Shown: positions 9,471-19,432, numbered from the stretch's first letter. The stretch is 64,000 bases of DNA from SAR324 cluster bacterium (GCA_014382365.1 JACNJW010000044.1:7368-71367), one strand, 5' to 3'. Program-made: numbers and translations. The notes: generated from the sequence alone by a model not told the origin.

Positions 9471-10478
9471 ATGCTGAAGTTCATTCAGTTTACGATTACA
9501 AGAGCATTTCTTTCATTATTCACCTTGTTGGCGGTCTCTTTGATCGTTTTTTCATTGATGGAGTTAGTACCTGCAAACTGTGCTGAACGCTATCTTGCCT
9601 TTAAGAACACTCAAGGTCAGAACATTACCATTGAAGACATTGCCGCTGAAGAACGGCGATTGGGTTTGGACAAACCATTTCCGATTCGCTGGGCAACTTG
9701 GGTAGCTAATGTGTTCTTTGATGGAGATTTTGGGGACAGCTGCATTCTCCGCCTCAATATAAACGAATTACTCAGTGATAAATTTTGGATCAGTCTGGGA
9801 ATTTGCCTTGCGGCACTGATTTTTTCTTATATTCTAGCCATACCCATCGGTATTTATTCCGCAACCACCTCAAATGCAGTAACCAATAATTTTATCCGTT
9901 TTATCAGCTACTTGGGCCTTGCCTTGCCCAATTTTTTACTTGCGCTGATCATTATGTTATTTTCCACCGTATTTTTTCAAGAATCACTTACAGGACTATT
10001 TTCCAATGAATTTCGTGACGCTGTGTGGTCTTTTGATAAATTCAAAGATTTTTTGTCCAGAGCCTGGCTGCCTATTTTTGTACTTGGATGGTCAGCTACG
10101 GCCTTTGCCATGCAGACAGTACGTGCTTTAATGCTTGATGAGATCGGCAAACTATATGTCACGGCCGCTTCAGCCCGTGGAATATCCGGACGCAAATTGC
10201 TCTGGCGCTATCCGGCAAAACATTCTCTAGGACCAGTGATCAATTCGCTTGGTTTCGATCTAAACCGGATTTTCAATGACCTGCCGGTAGTTGCTCTGAT
10301 CTTGACCCTTACAGAAGCAGGCGCTTTGTTAATTGACGCACTGGCGCGATCTAATGATCAGCAACTGGCTGGTGCAATTATTTTTCTCTTGACTGCCAGC
10401 ATCGTGTTGGTGAACTTCGTGACCGACATCATGCTAGCCTTGATGGACCCGCGTGTCAGACAGGGATTAGTCGGATAA
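9471..10478 (+). CDS. ABC transporter permease (DppB/OppB-type)
   Basis: 335 aa, multiple TM segments, position within the operon. Confidence 0.8.
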   Translation: MLKFIQFTITRAFLSLFTLLAVSLIVFSLMELVPANCAERYLAFKNTQGQNITIEDIAAEERRLGLDKPFPIRWATWVANVFFDGDFGDSCILRLNINELLSDKFWISLGICLAALIFSYILAIPIGIYSATTSNAVTNNFIRFISYLGLALPNFLLALIIMLFSTVFFQESLTGLFSNEFRDAVWSFDKFKDFLSRAWLPIFVLGWSATAFAMQTVRALMLDEIGKLYVTAASARGISGRKLLWRYPAKHSLGPVINSLGFDLNRIFNDLPVVALILTLTEAGALLIDALARSNDQQLAGAIIFLLTASIVLVNFVTDIMLALMDPRVRQGLVG

Positions 10479-10481
10479 ACT

Positions 10482-11675
10482 ATGGGAATTTTTAGCAAAA
10501 CCAAACCGGCTGAAACCAGTCAAGATTTGAAGGAAAGCTATTTTACTGCCTCTCAAGGGCAGTTGATTCGGTCACGGTTCAAAAGCAACCGCACCGCAAT
10601 GGTAGCTGGATGGGCATTGTCGACAATGATCCTGATTGGACTCTTTGCTCCATTTCTTTCTCCGTATGAACCAACAATGGGCGGGCGTGATAAATCTTAC
10701 GAAAACGGTCCTCCTCAATTTCCAAAATTCTGGGACGAAAATGGTTTTTCTGCTAGACCATTTTTGTATACAACCGAACGAAAACGCTCAATAAAAACCA
10801 ATTTTAGATGGGTTTTAACTGAAAATCGTGAAAAACGTCGCTATCTGGAATTTTGGGTAGATGATTGGGAGTACAGTTTTATTGACATCAATATTGACTT
10901 ACCCGGAACCACATTCGACTTCGAGTTAAAGGCACTTACCTTCAAGAAGCACCTCTTTGGCATGGACAAGGGGGGAATACATTTATTCGGCACCGAAAAA
11001 TCAGGCAAAGATATCTTTTCCAGAACCTTGCATGCTATTTATACTTCACTTGCAGTTGGCACTCTCGGGGTGCTGCTCTCTTTTGTATTGGCGTTGGTAA
11101 TCGGTGGTGTGGCCGGTTATTATGGAGGTTGGATAGACTCAATCCTGCAAATGATTACTGACGCTATTCGGACAGTACCTCCAATTCCACTCTTCATGGC
11201 TCTGGCCGCTTTTATGCCGGATGAGTGGAGCGCTGAAACTCGCTTCTTTTTTATCGCAACTATTCTGGGCTTGATTGGTTGGCCAACTCTTGCGCGCCGG
11301 ATTCGCACACATCTGTTGAGCGAGCGTAGTCAGGAATATGTTCTAGCAGCAGAGTTGAGTGGTGCCTCAGCCAGTCATGTTATTCGCAAACATTTACTTC
11401 CCAGTTTTACCAGTTACATCATCGTTGATTTGATGATTACTTTCCCTTATGTGGTTCGTTCTGAAACTGCATTGAGTTTCATTGGTTTAGGTTTAACAGA
11501 TCCGGTTAACTCTTTGGGATCGTTGATGCAAAATGTTTCCAAAGCAGATGTTTTGTTGAATTATCAATGGTATTTTATACCAGTCATATTCTTTATTGCT
11601 TTTGTTCTAGCTTTCGTCTTTGTTGGAGACGGCTTACGCGATGCATCTGACCCTTATTCTCACGTCAAAAAATGA
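10482..11675 (+). CDS. ABC transporter permease (DppC/OppC-type) with a long N-terminal periplasmic extension
   Basis: 397 aa. One TM segment, then a ~130-aa hydrophilic loop, then a permease core. Starts 3 nt after the previous stop. Confidence 0.8.
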   Translation: MGIFSKTKPAETSQDLKESYFTASQGQLIRSRFKSNRTAMVAGWALSTMILIGLFAPFLSPYEPTMGGRDKSYENGPPQFPKFWDENGFSARPFLYTTERKRSIKTNFRWVLTENREKRRYLEFWVDDWEYSFIDINIDLPGTTFDFELKALTFKKHLFGMDKGGIHLFGTEKSGKDIFSRTLHAIYTSLAVGTLGVLLSFVLALVIGGVAGYYGGWIDSILQMITDAIRTVPPIPLFMALAAFMPDEWSAETRFFFIATILGLIGWPTLARRIRTHLLSERSQEYVLAAELSGASASHVIRKHLLPSFTSYIIVDLMITFPYVVRSETALSFIGLGLTDPVNSLGSLMQNVSKADVLLNYQWYFIPVIFFIAFVLAFVFVGDGLRDASDPYSHVKK

Positions 11676-12670
11676 GTCTATTGACAGTTAATAATTTGAA
11701 CCTGCAATTTGACACCGATGAGGGGCGGATTACTGCAGTTGAAAACGTTTCTTTTGAAATCAATACCGGAGAAGTGTTAGGCTTGGTTGGCGAGTCCGGA
11801 TCCGGAAAGTCTGTTACAGCCAAATCTCTGATGCAGCTCAATCCTTCGAATGCAGTTTACAGCCCGGAAAGCAGCATCAAACTGAAGTTAGAAACGGAGG
11901 AAGTAGATGTTCTTTCTCTAAAGAGTTCCAGTGAACTGGTTATTGTGCGAGGCGGAGCAGTTTCAATGATCTTTCAGGAACCGATGGCCAGTTTTGCACC
12001 GGCAATCACGATTGGATCTCACATGGTGGAACAACTACTGATACACACCTCACTGACTAAAAAAGCTGCGGCTGAGCTCTCAATTGAAATGCTGGAAAGG
12101 GTTGGAATAAATGAAGCTGGCAAACGCTTCCACCAGTACGCTTTTGAACTTTCCGGTGGTATGCGTCAACGGGCCATGATTGCCATGGCACTCTCAACCA
12201 AACCAAAATTATTGATCGCAGATGAACCAACAACTGCATTGGATGTAACAATTCAGGCTCAGGTACTGGATTTAATGAAAGACCTGGTTGCTGAGTTCGG
12301 TATGGGGATTCTTTTTATCACACATGACCTTGGAGTTATTGCTCAAGTTGCAGATCGAGTGGCAGTTATGTACCTGGGGCGTGTAGTTGAAAGTGGTCCG
12401 GTACGTGACGTCCTGCGTTCTCCAGTCCATCCATACACGCAGGGACTGCTCAATGCACTTCCCAAACTTGATGCTCTTGACCAACCTTTGACACCGGTTG
12501 AAGGTGATATCCCCAGCCCACTGGAACGTCCTTCCGGCTGTGTTTTCCATACTCGCTGCCCGCAGATTTTGGCAGATCATTGTCAGAATTCTGTACCTTC
12601 CGCTACCATAGTCTCCAAAAAACATACAGCTGCGTGTTTTGCTATTGAGACAGATAAGGAGGCGGCATGA
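11672..12670 (+). CDS. ABC transporter ATP-binding protein (DppD/OppD-type)
   Basis: Walker A GESGSGKS, signature LSGGMRQR, Walker B LLIADEPTTALD, C-terminal oligopeptide-type tail (HPYT). 4-nt overlap with the upstream gene. Confidence 0.9.
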   Translation: MSLLTVNNLNLQFDTDEGRITAVENVSFEINTGEVLGLVGESGSGKSVTAKSLMQLNPSNAVYSPESSIKLKLETEEVDVLSLKSSSELVIVRGGAVSMIFQEPMASFAPAITIGSHMVEQLLIHTSLTKKAAAELSIEMLERVGINEAGKRFHQYAFELSGGMRQRAMIAMALSTKPKLLIADEPTTALDVTIQAQVLDLMKDLVAEFGMGILFITHDLGVIAQVADRVAVMYLGRVVESGPVRDVLRSPVHPYTQGLLNALPKLDALDQPLTPVEGDIPSPLERPSGCVFHTRCPQILADHCQNSVPSATIVSKKHTAACFAIETDKEAA

Positions 12671-13665
12671 CTGAAACTCCGCTTATTAAAATCGAAAAAC
12701 TCCAAGTAGAATTCCCGCTTGGCCGCACTTTATTCGGAAAACCACTAAAGTTGCGTGCAGTTAATAACGTTTCACTTGAGATAATGTCTGGACAGTTTTT
12801 CGGTTTAGTCGGGGAATCCGGTTCCGGAAAAACCACACTAGGCCGTGCTATTTTACGGGCGGCTCCTCTTAGCTCTGGAAAAATCAACTTTGATGATGGA
12901 GATGTTCGTTACGATGTCGGCAGTATATCTAAATCTGATTTGAAAAATTACCGAAAATTAGCCCAGTTGATTTTTCAAGACCCATATGCCGCACTCAGTC
13001 CACGCATGACAGTCAGGGACATTATCGCCGAACCACTGGAGGTAATGGGTCTAACCAAGACCCGTGAAGAAACGGACAAATTAGTACGCGAGATTGCCGC
13101 AAAATGTCGCTTAAATCTGGAGCATTTACGCCGCTTCCCTCACGCCTTTTCCGGAGGCCAAAGACAGCGAATCTCCATTGCCCGCACATTAGTATGCAGT
13201 CCAGACTTTGTAGTTGCCGATGAAAGTGTTGCGGCACTAGATGTGTCAATACAAGCAGACATTCTCAACTTATTAAAGTCTTTGCAAAAAGAATTGGGAT
13301 TGACCTACCTTTTTATTAGTCATGACCTGAGTGTGGTTGCTCACATATGTGATCATGTGGCGGTCATGTATCTTGGAACACTAGTAGAGTCCGCACCTAC
13401 CAGTGACCTATTCACCAATCCCCGCCACCCCTACACAAGAGCCTTGTTGTCGGCTATTCCCTCACTTAACCCCGATGACCGTGGTCATGCCCAAAAATTA
13501 GAAGGTGAAATCCCCAGCCCGGCAAATCCACCATCAGGCTGTACATTTCACACACGTTGTCCAATGGCCAAAGATATTTGCCGTACCGAAATTCCTCAGT
13601 GGCGCAAATTGAATGACAAACATTCTGTATCCTGTCACTTTTCTGAAGATCTACCAAAAACTTGA
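12667..13665 (+). CDS. ABC transporter ATP-binding protein (DppF/OppF-type)
   Basis: GESGSGKTT, FSGGQRQR, FVVADESVAALD and an HPYT tail. 4-nt overlap with the upstream gene. Confidence 0.9.
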   Translation: MTETPLIKIEKLQVEFPLGRTLFGKPLKLRAVNNVSLEIMSGQFFGLVGESGSGKTTLGRAILRAAPLSSGKINFDDGDVRYDVGSISKSDLKNYRKLAQLIFQDPYAALSPRMTVRDIIAEPLEVMGLTKTREETDKLVREIAAKCRLNLEHLRRFPHAFSGGQRQRISIARTLVCSPDFVVADESVAALDVSIQADILNLLKSLQKELGLTYLFISHDLSVVAHICDHVAVMYLGTLVESAPTSDLFTNPRHPYTRALLSAIPSLNPDDRGHAQKLEGEIPSPANPPSGCTFHTRCPMAKDICRTEIPQWRKLNDKHSVSCHFSEDLPKT

Positions 13666-13689
13666 AGATAATTTCAGTTTCAGCCAGTC

Positions 13690-14484
13690 ATGATTATTGC
13701 ACAAATCAGTGATACTCATATTTCCGCAAAAGGTTTGAAAACATACGGTGTTGCACCAATGGCAGAGAATTTAGAGTGCTGTATCAACCATATCAATCAA
13801 CAATCGCCAAAACCGGAACTTGTCCTTGTTACAGGAGACATTACTGCCACAGGGAAAGTCGAAGAATTCAAACACGCCGTAGATTTACTCAATCTATTTG
13901 AAATGCCTTTTTATGTAATACCCGGAAACCACGACAACCGTGATTTAGTCCTTTCTACTTTCGACAGAAAAACATGTCCTTGTGAAACTAAAACCAAACT
14001 AGATTATGTAATTGAAAATCCGGAGTTGCGAATGATCGCTTTAGACAGCACCATTCCTCAAAGTCCTGGTGGTGAAGTTACTGAAGTACAGGGAGCTTGG
14101 CTTGATGGAAAACTATCTGAAAAACCGACTCAACCAACTTTAATTTTTATGCACCATCCACCAGTGAATTGTGGAGTTCTTGAAACGGATGTTGATGGTT
14201 TCAGTGGGAAAGATATTTTAGGCGAAATTATAAGTAGACATCGCCACGTTGAAAAAATTATTTGCGGTCACATACATTTACCTGTCAATACCCGCTGGCA
14301 GGGTACAGTAGTCAGTACCGCACCCAGCATGGGGATGCAACTTGCACTTGACCTGAAAATGAAACGCGAGTCTGAGTTTGTGTTAGAACCCCCTGCCTAT
14401 CAACTGCATTATTGGACCCCAGATAAAAATCTAATCACCCATACTATTGTTGTTAAATCAGTTGACGGTCCTTATTTTTTTTAG
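13690..14484 (+). CDS. Binuclear metallophosphoesterase, GpdQ/CpdA-like phosphodiesterase
   Basis: Motifs ISDTH, TGDITATG, IPGNHDN, IFMHHPP and CGHIHL in canonical order. The N-terminal half is collinear with Enterobacter GpdQ as I recall it. Confidence 0.75.
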   Translation: MIIAQISDTHISAKGLKTYGVAPMAENLECCINHINQQSPKPELVLVTGDITATGKVEEFKHAVDLLNLFEMPFYVIPGNHDNRDLVLSTFDRKTCPCETKTKLDYVIENPELRMIALDSTIPQSPGGEVTEVQGAWLDGKLSEKPTQPTLIFMHHPPVNCGVLETDVDGFSGKDILGEIISRHRHVEKIICGHIHLPVNTRWQGTVVSTAPSMGMQLALDLKMKRESEFVLEPPAYQLHYWTPDKNLITHTIVVKSVDGPYFF

Positions 14485-14582
14485 GACCAGTGACTGACGC
14501 TTTTCTTTCTCTATAAAATAAAGCGTTTTATATCACATCATTTTTTTATTTTGCATTATTACGCTTTTTTTATTAATTAGCC

Positions 14583-14611
14583 TTGACTAACTTATTTATT
14601 ATGCTTATATT
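14583..14611 (+). promoter_or_regulatory. Near-consensus sigma-70 promoter for the Fe(III)-type transporter, overlapped by a partial palindrome TTAGCCTTGACTAA (14577-14590)
   Basis: TTGACT (14583-14588), 17-nt spacer, TATATT (14606-14611). The TTAG...CTAA ends resemble DtxR/IdeR box ends only weakly. Confidence 0.5.
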
Positions 14612-14752
14612 AACGTCTATTCTGCTTTGCTACAGGGTAATCTTAAATCAACAGCCTCCAAAGTTTTTTCATCATTGTTGAATTATTTTAAGAAAAACGA
14701 TCAGGGCTAACGCCGGAAGATCTCTGAAAAGGAACAGAATATTATTGTCCAT

Positions 14753-14775
14753 GTCCTGATTCACAGGGCTTTTTT
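14753..14775 (+). terminator. Terminator-like hairpin in the leader, 22 nt before the start codon
   Basis: GTCCTG-attca-CAGGGC (6 bp, one G-U pair) followed by TTTTTT. It lies about 135 nt downstream of the predicted transcription start. Confidence 0.35.
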
Positions 14776-14797
14776 AATTAATTAATAGAGGAAGCAA

Positions 14798-15835
14798 ATG
14801 TTTAACAACAAAAAAATATTTACGCTCATTGTCGGCGGCCTGTTATGGCTTCCACAGTTTGCACTGGCTGCACAGGTCAATATCCTTTCAGAGCGTCAGG
14901 AATTTTTACTGCGGCCTTTTCTGGATGTCTTTGAAGAGCAAACCGGAATTAAGGTCAATGTGGCTTATCTAAAAAAAGGTTCACTGGAACGTCTCAAGCA
15001 GCAACCGGGTTCTGTTGATGCCCTGCTGACAGTGGACATCTCAAATTTGACTGCAATTGCAGATGCAGGCCTTTTCCAGCCCATTAACTCAACAGTCATA
15101 AATCAGAACGTGCCGGCAAACTACCGTGACCCAAATGATCTCTGGACTGCCTTAACAGCCAGAGCCCGGGTAATTTATTACTCCAGAGCACGCGTCAAAA
15201 CCAGTGAGTTGTCAACTTATGAAGCTTTAGGTAAATCGGGCAGCAAACAACGAGTCTGCACCCGTTCAGGATACCACAAATACAATGTCGCTCTAATATC
15301 TTCCATGATTGCAGAACACGGTTCAGCCACAGCAAAAAGCTGGCTGCAGGGTTTGAAAAACAACCGGGGACGTAAACCCAGTGGAAATGATAGAGGTCAA
15401 GTCAAAGCCATTTTTCAGGGACAGTGTGATGTTGCCCTGGGTAACACCTACTACATGGGTAAAATGCTGGAACGCGAAGACCAGAGGCCCTGGGCTGCTG
15501 CAGTTGGAATATATTTTCCAAATCAGGCTGACCGCGGCACCCACATGAATATCTCCGGAGGAGCAGTTACAAAGGCTGCAAAAAACGCAGCGGAGGCTGT
15601 TAAATTGCTGGAGTTCCTGTCTGGAAACTTAGCTCAATACATGTATGCACAGGTAAACCACGAATATCCGGTGAAAGCAGGAATTGGATATTCCGGAATC
15701 GTACAGGGTTTTGGCGGTGGACAGGATGGAGTCAAGAAAGGTGTTTTCAAACAGGATCAGCGAAATTTGGCTGAAATCGGCAGGCATCGAAAACAGGCTA
15801 TTAAAATACTTGATGAAGTTAATTTCGACAATTAA
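14798..15835 (+). CDS. Periplasmic substrate-binding protein, Fe(III)-binding (FbpA/AfuA/FutA) family
   Basis: Signal peptide LLWLPQFALA, family-1 SBP pattern with GNTYYMGKM. Partners are a double permease and a PotA/FbpC-type ATPase. The same fold family also holds thiamine and 2-AEP binders, so the ligand is not certain. Confidence 0.65.
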   Translation: MFNNKKIFTLIVGGLLWLPQFALAAQVNILSERQEFLLRPFLDVFEEQTGIKVNVAYLKKGSLERLKQQPGSVDALLTVDISNLTAIADAGLFQPINSTVINQNVPANYRDPNDLWTALTARARVIYYSRARVKTSELSTYEALGKSGSKQRVCTRSGYHKYNVALISSMIAEHGSATAKSWLQGLKNNRGRKPSGNDRGQVKAIFQGQCDVALGNTYYMGKMLEREDQRPWAAAVGIYFPNQADRGTHMNISGGAVTKAAKNAAEAVKLLEFLSGNLAQYMYAQVNHEYPVKAGIGYSGIVQGFGGGQDGVKKGVFKQDQRNLAEIGRHRKQAIKILDEVNFDN

Positions 15836-15982
15836 GTTCTCTACTTACTGAGCTTGCTGAAAGCTGTTAATATTTCAGTAAGCTCTAAAAGGAAAGCGCT
15901 CAGTAAACAGACATTAGAAGTTGTTATTCTCACAAATTGATGTTAGCATATGCTTACCTCAAACTTTAATGAAGAAAATTCC

Positions 15983-16651
15983 ATGACTGAGCACTCACAA
16001 GTTATTGAAGAGTATCTACTGACTCTCTATAAGCTAAACCGTGCAGGAGATTTGGCAAAAGCAGTGACGTTGGCAAAACGTTTGGACACCAGCCCTCCTA
16101 CAGTTCATGCAACAATCTCCAGAATGCAGCGAGACGGATTGGTTGAAGTCAAGAAATCAAAAGAACTGGTTTTAACCAAAGAGGGTCAAAAAATTGCCGA
16201 AGACATAGCCTACCGTCATAACCTTTCCGAATACTTTCTGTGTAACACACTGGGAATTCCCTGGTATGAAGTCCACCAGCACGCACACCGCCTGGAGCAT
16301 GCAATGACTCCCATTGTTGTGCAGAAGCTGGCTGAGTTCCTGGGTAAACCTGAATTCTGTCCCCATGGTACTCCGATGCCCGGAACAAACCTGCCTGAAA
16401 ATACTATCACTTTGATGGAGTCAAAACCTGGCACGACCGTTGAAATTGCAATGATTGGTGAGGCACTGGAGGATTCAGTTGATTTGATGAAAATACTGCA
16501 TGAGCACCGGATTATGCCGGGTAATCTACACAAAGTGCTTGAAAAAACAGAAGTAATGCGTACAGTCTCACTGGAATCCAAGGACGGAACTTCTTCTCTG
16601 CCTTTTCATGTTGCAGAAAAAATATTTGTGCTTGAAGTTCCCAAAGACTAA
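15983..16651 (+). CDS. DtxR/MntR/IdeR-family metal-dependent repressor with a C-terminal FeoA/SH3-like domain
   Basis: IEEYLLTLYKL and LAKRLDTSPPTVHATISRMQRDGLV (winged HTH), metal-site His/Glu region (HAHRLEH), C-terminal TTVEIAMIGE. Start re-picked at MTEHSQ; the ORF-track start 15950 is also possible. Confidence 0.8.
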   Translation: MTEHSQVIEEYLLTLYKLNRAGDLAKAVTLAKRLDTSPPTVHATISRMQRDGLVEVKKSKELVLTKEGQKIAEDIAYRHNLSEYFLCNTLGIPWYEVHQHAHRLEHAMTPIVVQKLAEFLGKPEFCPHGTPMPGTNLPENTITLMESKPGTTVEIAMIGEALEDSVDLMKILHEHRIMPGNLHKVLEKTEVMRTVSLESKDGTSSLPFHVAEKIFVLEVPKD

Positions 16652-16689
16652 AACTGCACTTCAGCCATGTCTTTCCTCTTCTGCCGAAA

Positions 16690-18348
16690 ATGAAACCGTC
16701 CTTCCTCTCCTTCGGAAGTTGGAACCTTTTCACATTCTTGCTGGCACTGCTCTTTGCCCTGCCTTTCTTATCTTTACTGCTAACCGCAGCTTCAGGAGCT
16801 GAAAATATCTGGGGACATCTCTTACAGACTGTGATGCCCGGTTACCTGAAAAATACTCTCTGGCTGATGCTTGGTGTTGGCAGCGGCACATTATTGCTGG
16901 GTGTAAGTGCAGGCTGGCTGATTTCGATGAGTGAATTCCCCGGCAGAAAAATACTGGAGTGGGCCCTGCTTTTACCGCTGGCATTTCCGGGTTACATTAT
17001 TGCCATGGTCTATGTGGAACTGCTCGAATATTCCGGTCCACTGCAAACGCAGCTCCGCCAATGGTTCGGCTGGCTTAATTATCAGGATTACTGGTTTCCG
17101 CAAATCACCTCGCTTGGAGGTGCAGTGCTGATGCTCTCACTTGTACTCTATCCATACGTTTATCTACTAACCAGAACTGCTTTTCTTCAACAATCGGCAA
17201 CTTTGCTGGAAGCCAGCCGGATGCTGGGAAAAAGTGCCGGATATAGTTTTTTACAGATTGCTTTGCCACTGGCCCGTCCTGCAATTGTAGTTGGTGTCAG
17301 TCTGGCAATGATGGAAACTCTGGCCGATTTTGGTACAATGCAGTTGTTTGCAGTACAAACATTCACCACCGGAATTTATCACACCTGGTTTGGAAGCTAC
17401 AATGCTCCCGGTGCCGCTCAGCTCTCTTTGTCGTTACTGATGTTTATCAGTGTTTTTATTATGCTCGAACGCTACTCAAGAAAAAAGCAGCGTTTCCACG
17501 CACAAAGCAGCGTGCAAACTGCACATCCACGTTACCGTCTTGCCGGAATTAAGGCTTTCTTTGCACTGATATTTTGTTTGTTTCCAGTCATTTTTGGATT
17601 TGCTTTGCCTGCAGCTCTACTTATTCAGTGGGCCATAGAAAGTTGGCGCGGAGTAATGCTGGAGCGCTTTTTCAGTGATGCAGGAAACAGTCTTTTACTG
17701 GCCGCCATCACTGCATTTTTGGGCGTATCTCTTGGCCTGCTGATGGCTTTCGGTTCCAGATTAAGCAAACACCGCAGGGTACATTGGGCCGTCCGGCTGG
17801 TCAGTCTTGGTTATGCCTTACCCGGGCCGGTAGTCGCACTTGGAGTACTCTTGCCTTTTGCCTGGTTTGACCGGACAATAAATAACTGGGCGGAAGCCAC
17901 ATTCGGTTTTTCCAGCGGCTATTTGCTGAGTGGTACTATCTTCATTCTTGTCTTTGCCTACCTGGTCCGCTTTCTGGCTCTGGCTTACGGCAGTGCCGAA
18001 TCCGGCTTAGGACGGATCACAACTGCTATGGAAGATGCCAGCCGCTCTTTGGGAAAAAACAGCTGGCAGACTTTAAAACGTATTCACCTGCCTTTGCTGA
18101 GCAGCAGCATGTTAACTGCCGGTTTACTCGTTTTTGTGGATGTGATGAAAGAACTGCCTGCAACTCTGATGCTGCAGCCCTTTAATTTCAGCACCCTTGC
18201 TACTCGGGCTTACGGCTATGCAACTGAAGAACTGCTCAAAGAAGCTTCGCTCTGGTGCTTGACGATTGTACTTGTCGGCCTGTTTCCAGTAATTTTGCTG
18301 AACCGTCAGCTGCGGAAATCCGCACCACAAAACTACCAGGATATTTGA
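16690..18348 (+). CDS. Fe(III)-type ABC transporter permease, duplicated (two-domain) FbpB/ThiP-like
   Basis: 552 aa, about 12 TM segments, two permease repeats. Confidence 0.75.
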   Translation: MKPSFLSFGSWNLFTFLLALLFALPFLSLLLTAASGAENIWGHLLQTVMPGYLKNTLWLMLGVGSGTLLLGVSAGWLISMSEFPGRKILEWALLLPLAFPGYIIAMVYVELLEYSGPLQTQLRQWFGWLNYQDYWFPQITSLGGAVLMLSLVLYPYVYLLTRTAFLQQSATLLEASRMLGKSAGYSFLQIALPLARPAIVVGVSLAMMETLADFGTMQLFAVQTFTTGIYHTWFGSYNAPGAAQLSLSLLMFISVFIMLERYSRKKQRFHAQSSVQTAHPRYRLAGIKAFFALIFCLFPVIFGFALPAALLIQWAIESWRGVMLERFFSDAGNSLLLAAITAFLGVSLGLLMAFGSRLSKHRRVHWAVRLVSLGYALPGPVVALGVLLPFAWFDRTINNWAEATFGFSSGYLLSGTIFILVFAYLVRFLALAYGSAESGLGRITTAMEDASRSLGKNSWQTLKRIHLPLLSSSMLTAGLLVFVDVMKELPATLMLQPFNFSTLATRAYGYATEELLKEASLWCLTIVLVGLFPVILLNRQLRKSAPQNYQDI

Positions 18349-18350
18349 CC

Positions 18351-19403
18351 ATGATTGAATGCCGAAACCTCTCTAAATCCTACGGAACTCTGGAAGCCGT
18401 CAGTGATTTCAATTTAAGTTTGGAAGAACACGAATTCCTTTCCATTCTTGGACCATCCGGCTGTGGCAAATCTACTCTGCTGCGATTGATTGCAGGATTG
18501 GAAGTTCCAAGTCAGGGTAGAGTATTTTTGCAGCAGCGGGAAATCTCTGCAGAAAAAATAATCCTGCCTCCGGAGCGCCGAAATTTCGGCATGATTTTCC
18601 AGGATTTTGCCCTTTTTCCACACTTGAGTGTTGCCAGCAATATTGCCTATGGCGTGACAGGAACAAGAAGTGAGAAACAGAAACGAGTCCGTGAGTTACT
18701 GGAACTGGTCAGTCTACCGCACCTTGCTGCCAAAATGCCGCATCAGATCAGCGGTGGTGAACAGCAGAGAATTGCGGTTGCCCGTGCACTAGCTCCGTGG
18801 CCGAGACTGATTTTAATGGACGAACCTTTCAGTAACCTCGATTATCAACTCCGGCTGCAACTCAGAAGTGACATCCACGATATTCTCAAACATGAAGGTG
18901 TGGCGACTATTCTCGTAACTCATGATCAGGTTGAAGCCATAACCTTTTCCGATCGGGTGCTGCTCATGCACAACGGCAAGCTGGTACAGGATGGAACTCC
19001 AACCGAAATTTATCAGCAGCCGCAAACACTTTGGGCTTCCTCATTTGTGGGAGAGGCCAATCATCTCACCGTTGAATGGCAAGATAAGGCTCTCAAAACG
19101 CCTTTTGGCAGATTGAATGTGCCTGCTGAAATCGGAAAACAAACCCGCATCCTGATGGTTCGTCCGGAAGATTTCAGACTTGAATCTGCAACTTCGGAGG
19201 AAACCAACGCTACGGTCAAAACTGTTGATTTCTCAGGTTCAGTTCAGATTATCAGAGTGGAGTTAACAGGTGGAGTAATGATTCAGGTCAGTTGCTCACC
19301 TCATTCTGTGCACTTAGCTCAAGATTCCGTTAAAATTTCTGCTGAACGGTTTTTGTGCTTCAATAATTCCGGACACAGTCTTGAAGGATTTTCTACAAAA
19401 TAG
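18351..19403 (+). CDS. ABC transporter ATP-binding protein (FbpC/PotA-type with C-terminal TOBE-like domain)
   Basis: GPSGCGKST, ISGGEQQR and LILMDEPFSNLD. Start re-picked at MIECRNL (18351), 2 nt after the permease stop; the ORF-track start 18255 lies inside the permease gene. Confidence 0.85.
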   Translation: MIECRNLSKSYGTLEAVSDFNLSLEEHEFLSILGPSGCGKSTLLRLIAGLEVPSQGRVFLQQREISAEKIILPPERRNFGMIFQDFALFPHLSVASNIAYGVTGTRSEKQKRVRELLELVSLPHLAAKMPHQISGGEQQRIAVARALAPWPRLILMDEPFSNLDYQLRLQLRSDIHDILKHEGVATILVTHDQVEAITFSDRVLLMHNGKLVQDGTPTEIYQQPQTLWASSFVGEANHLTVEWQDKALKTPFGRLNVPAEIGKQTRILMVRPEDFRLESATSEETNATVKTVDFSGSVQIIRVELTGGVMIQVSCSPHSVHLAQDSVKISAERFLCFNNSGHSLEGFSTK

Positions 19404-19432
19404 AAATGGCAACGGAGGTGTTCCGGAACTGC

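Noticed and set aside
14612-14797. TPP or other known riboswitch in the Fe(III)-type transporter leader
   Set aside because: The conserved TPP elements (CUGAGA, ACCUGAUCUGGAUAAUGCCAGCG) are not present. Only the generic terminator-like hairpin is supported.
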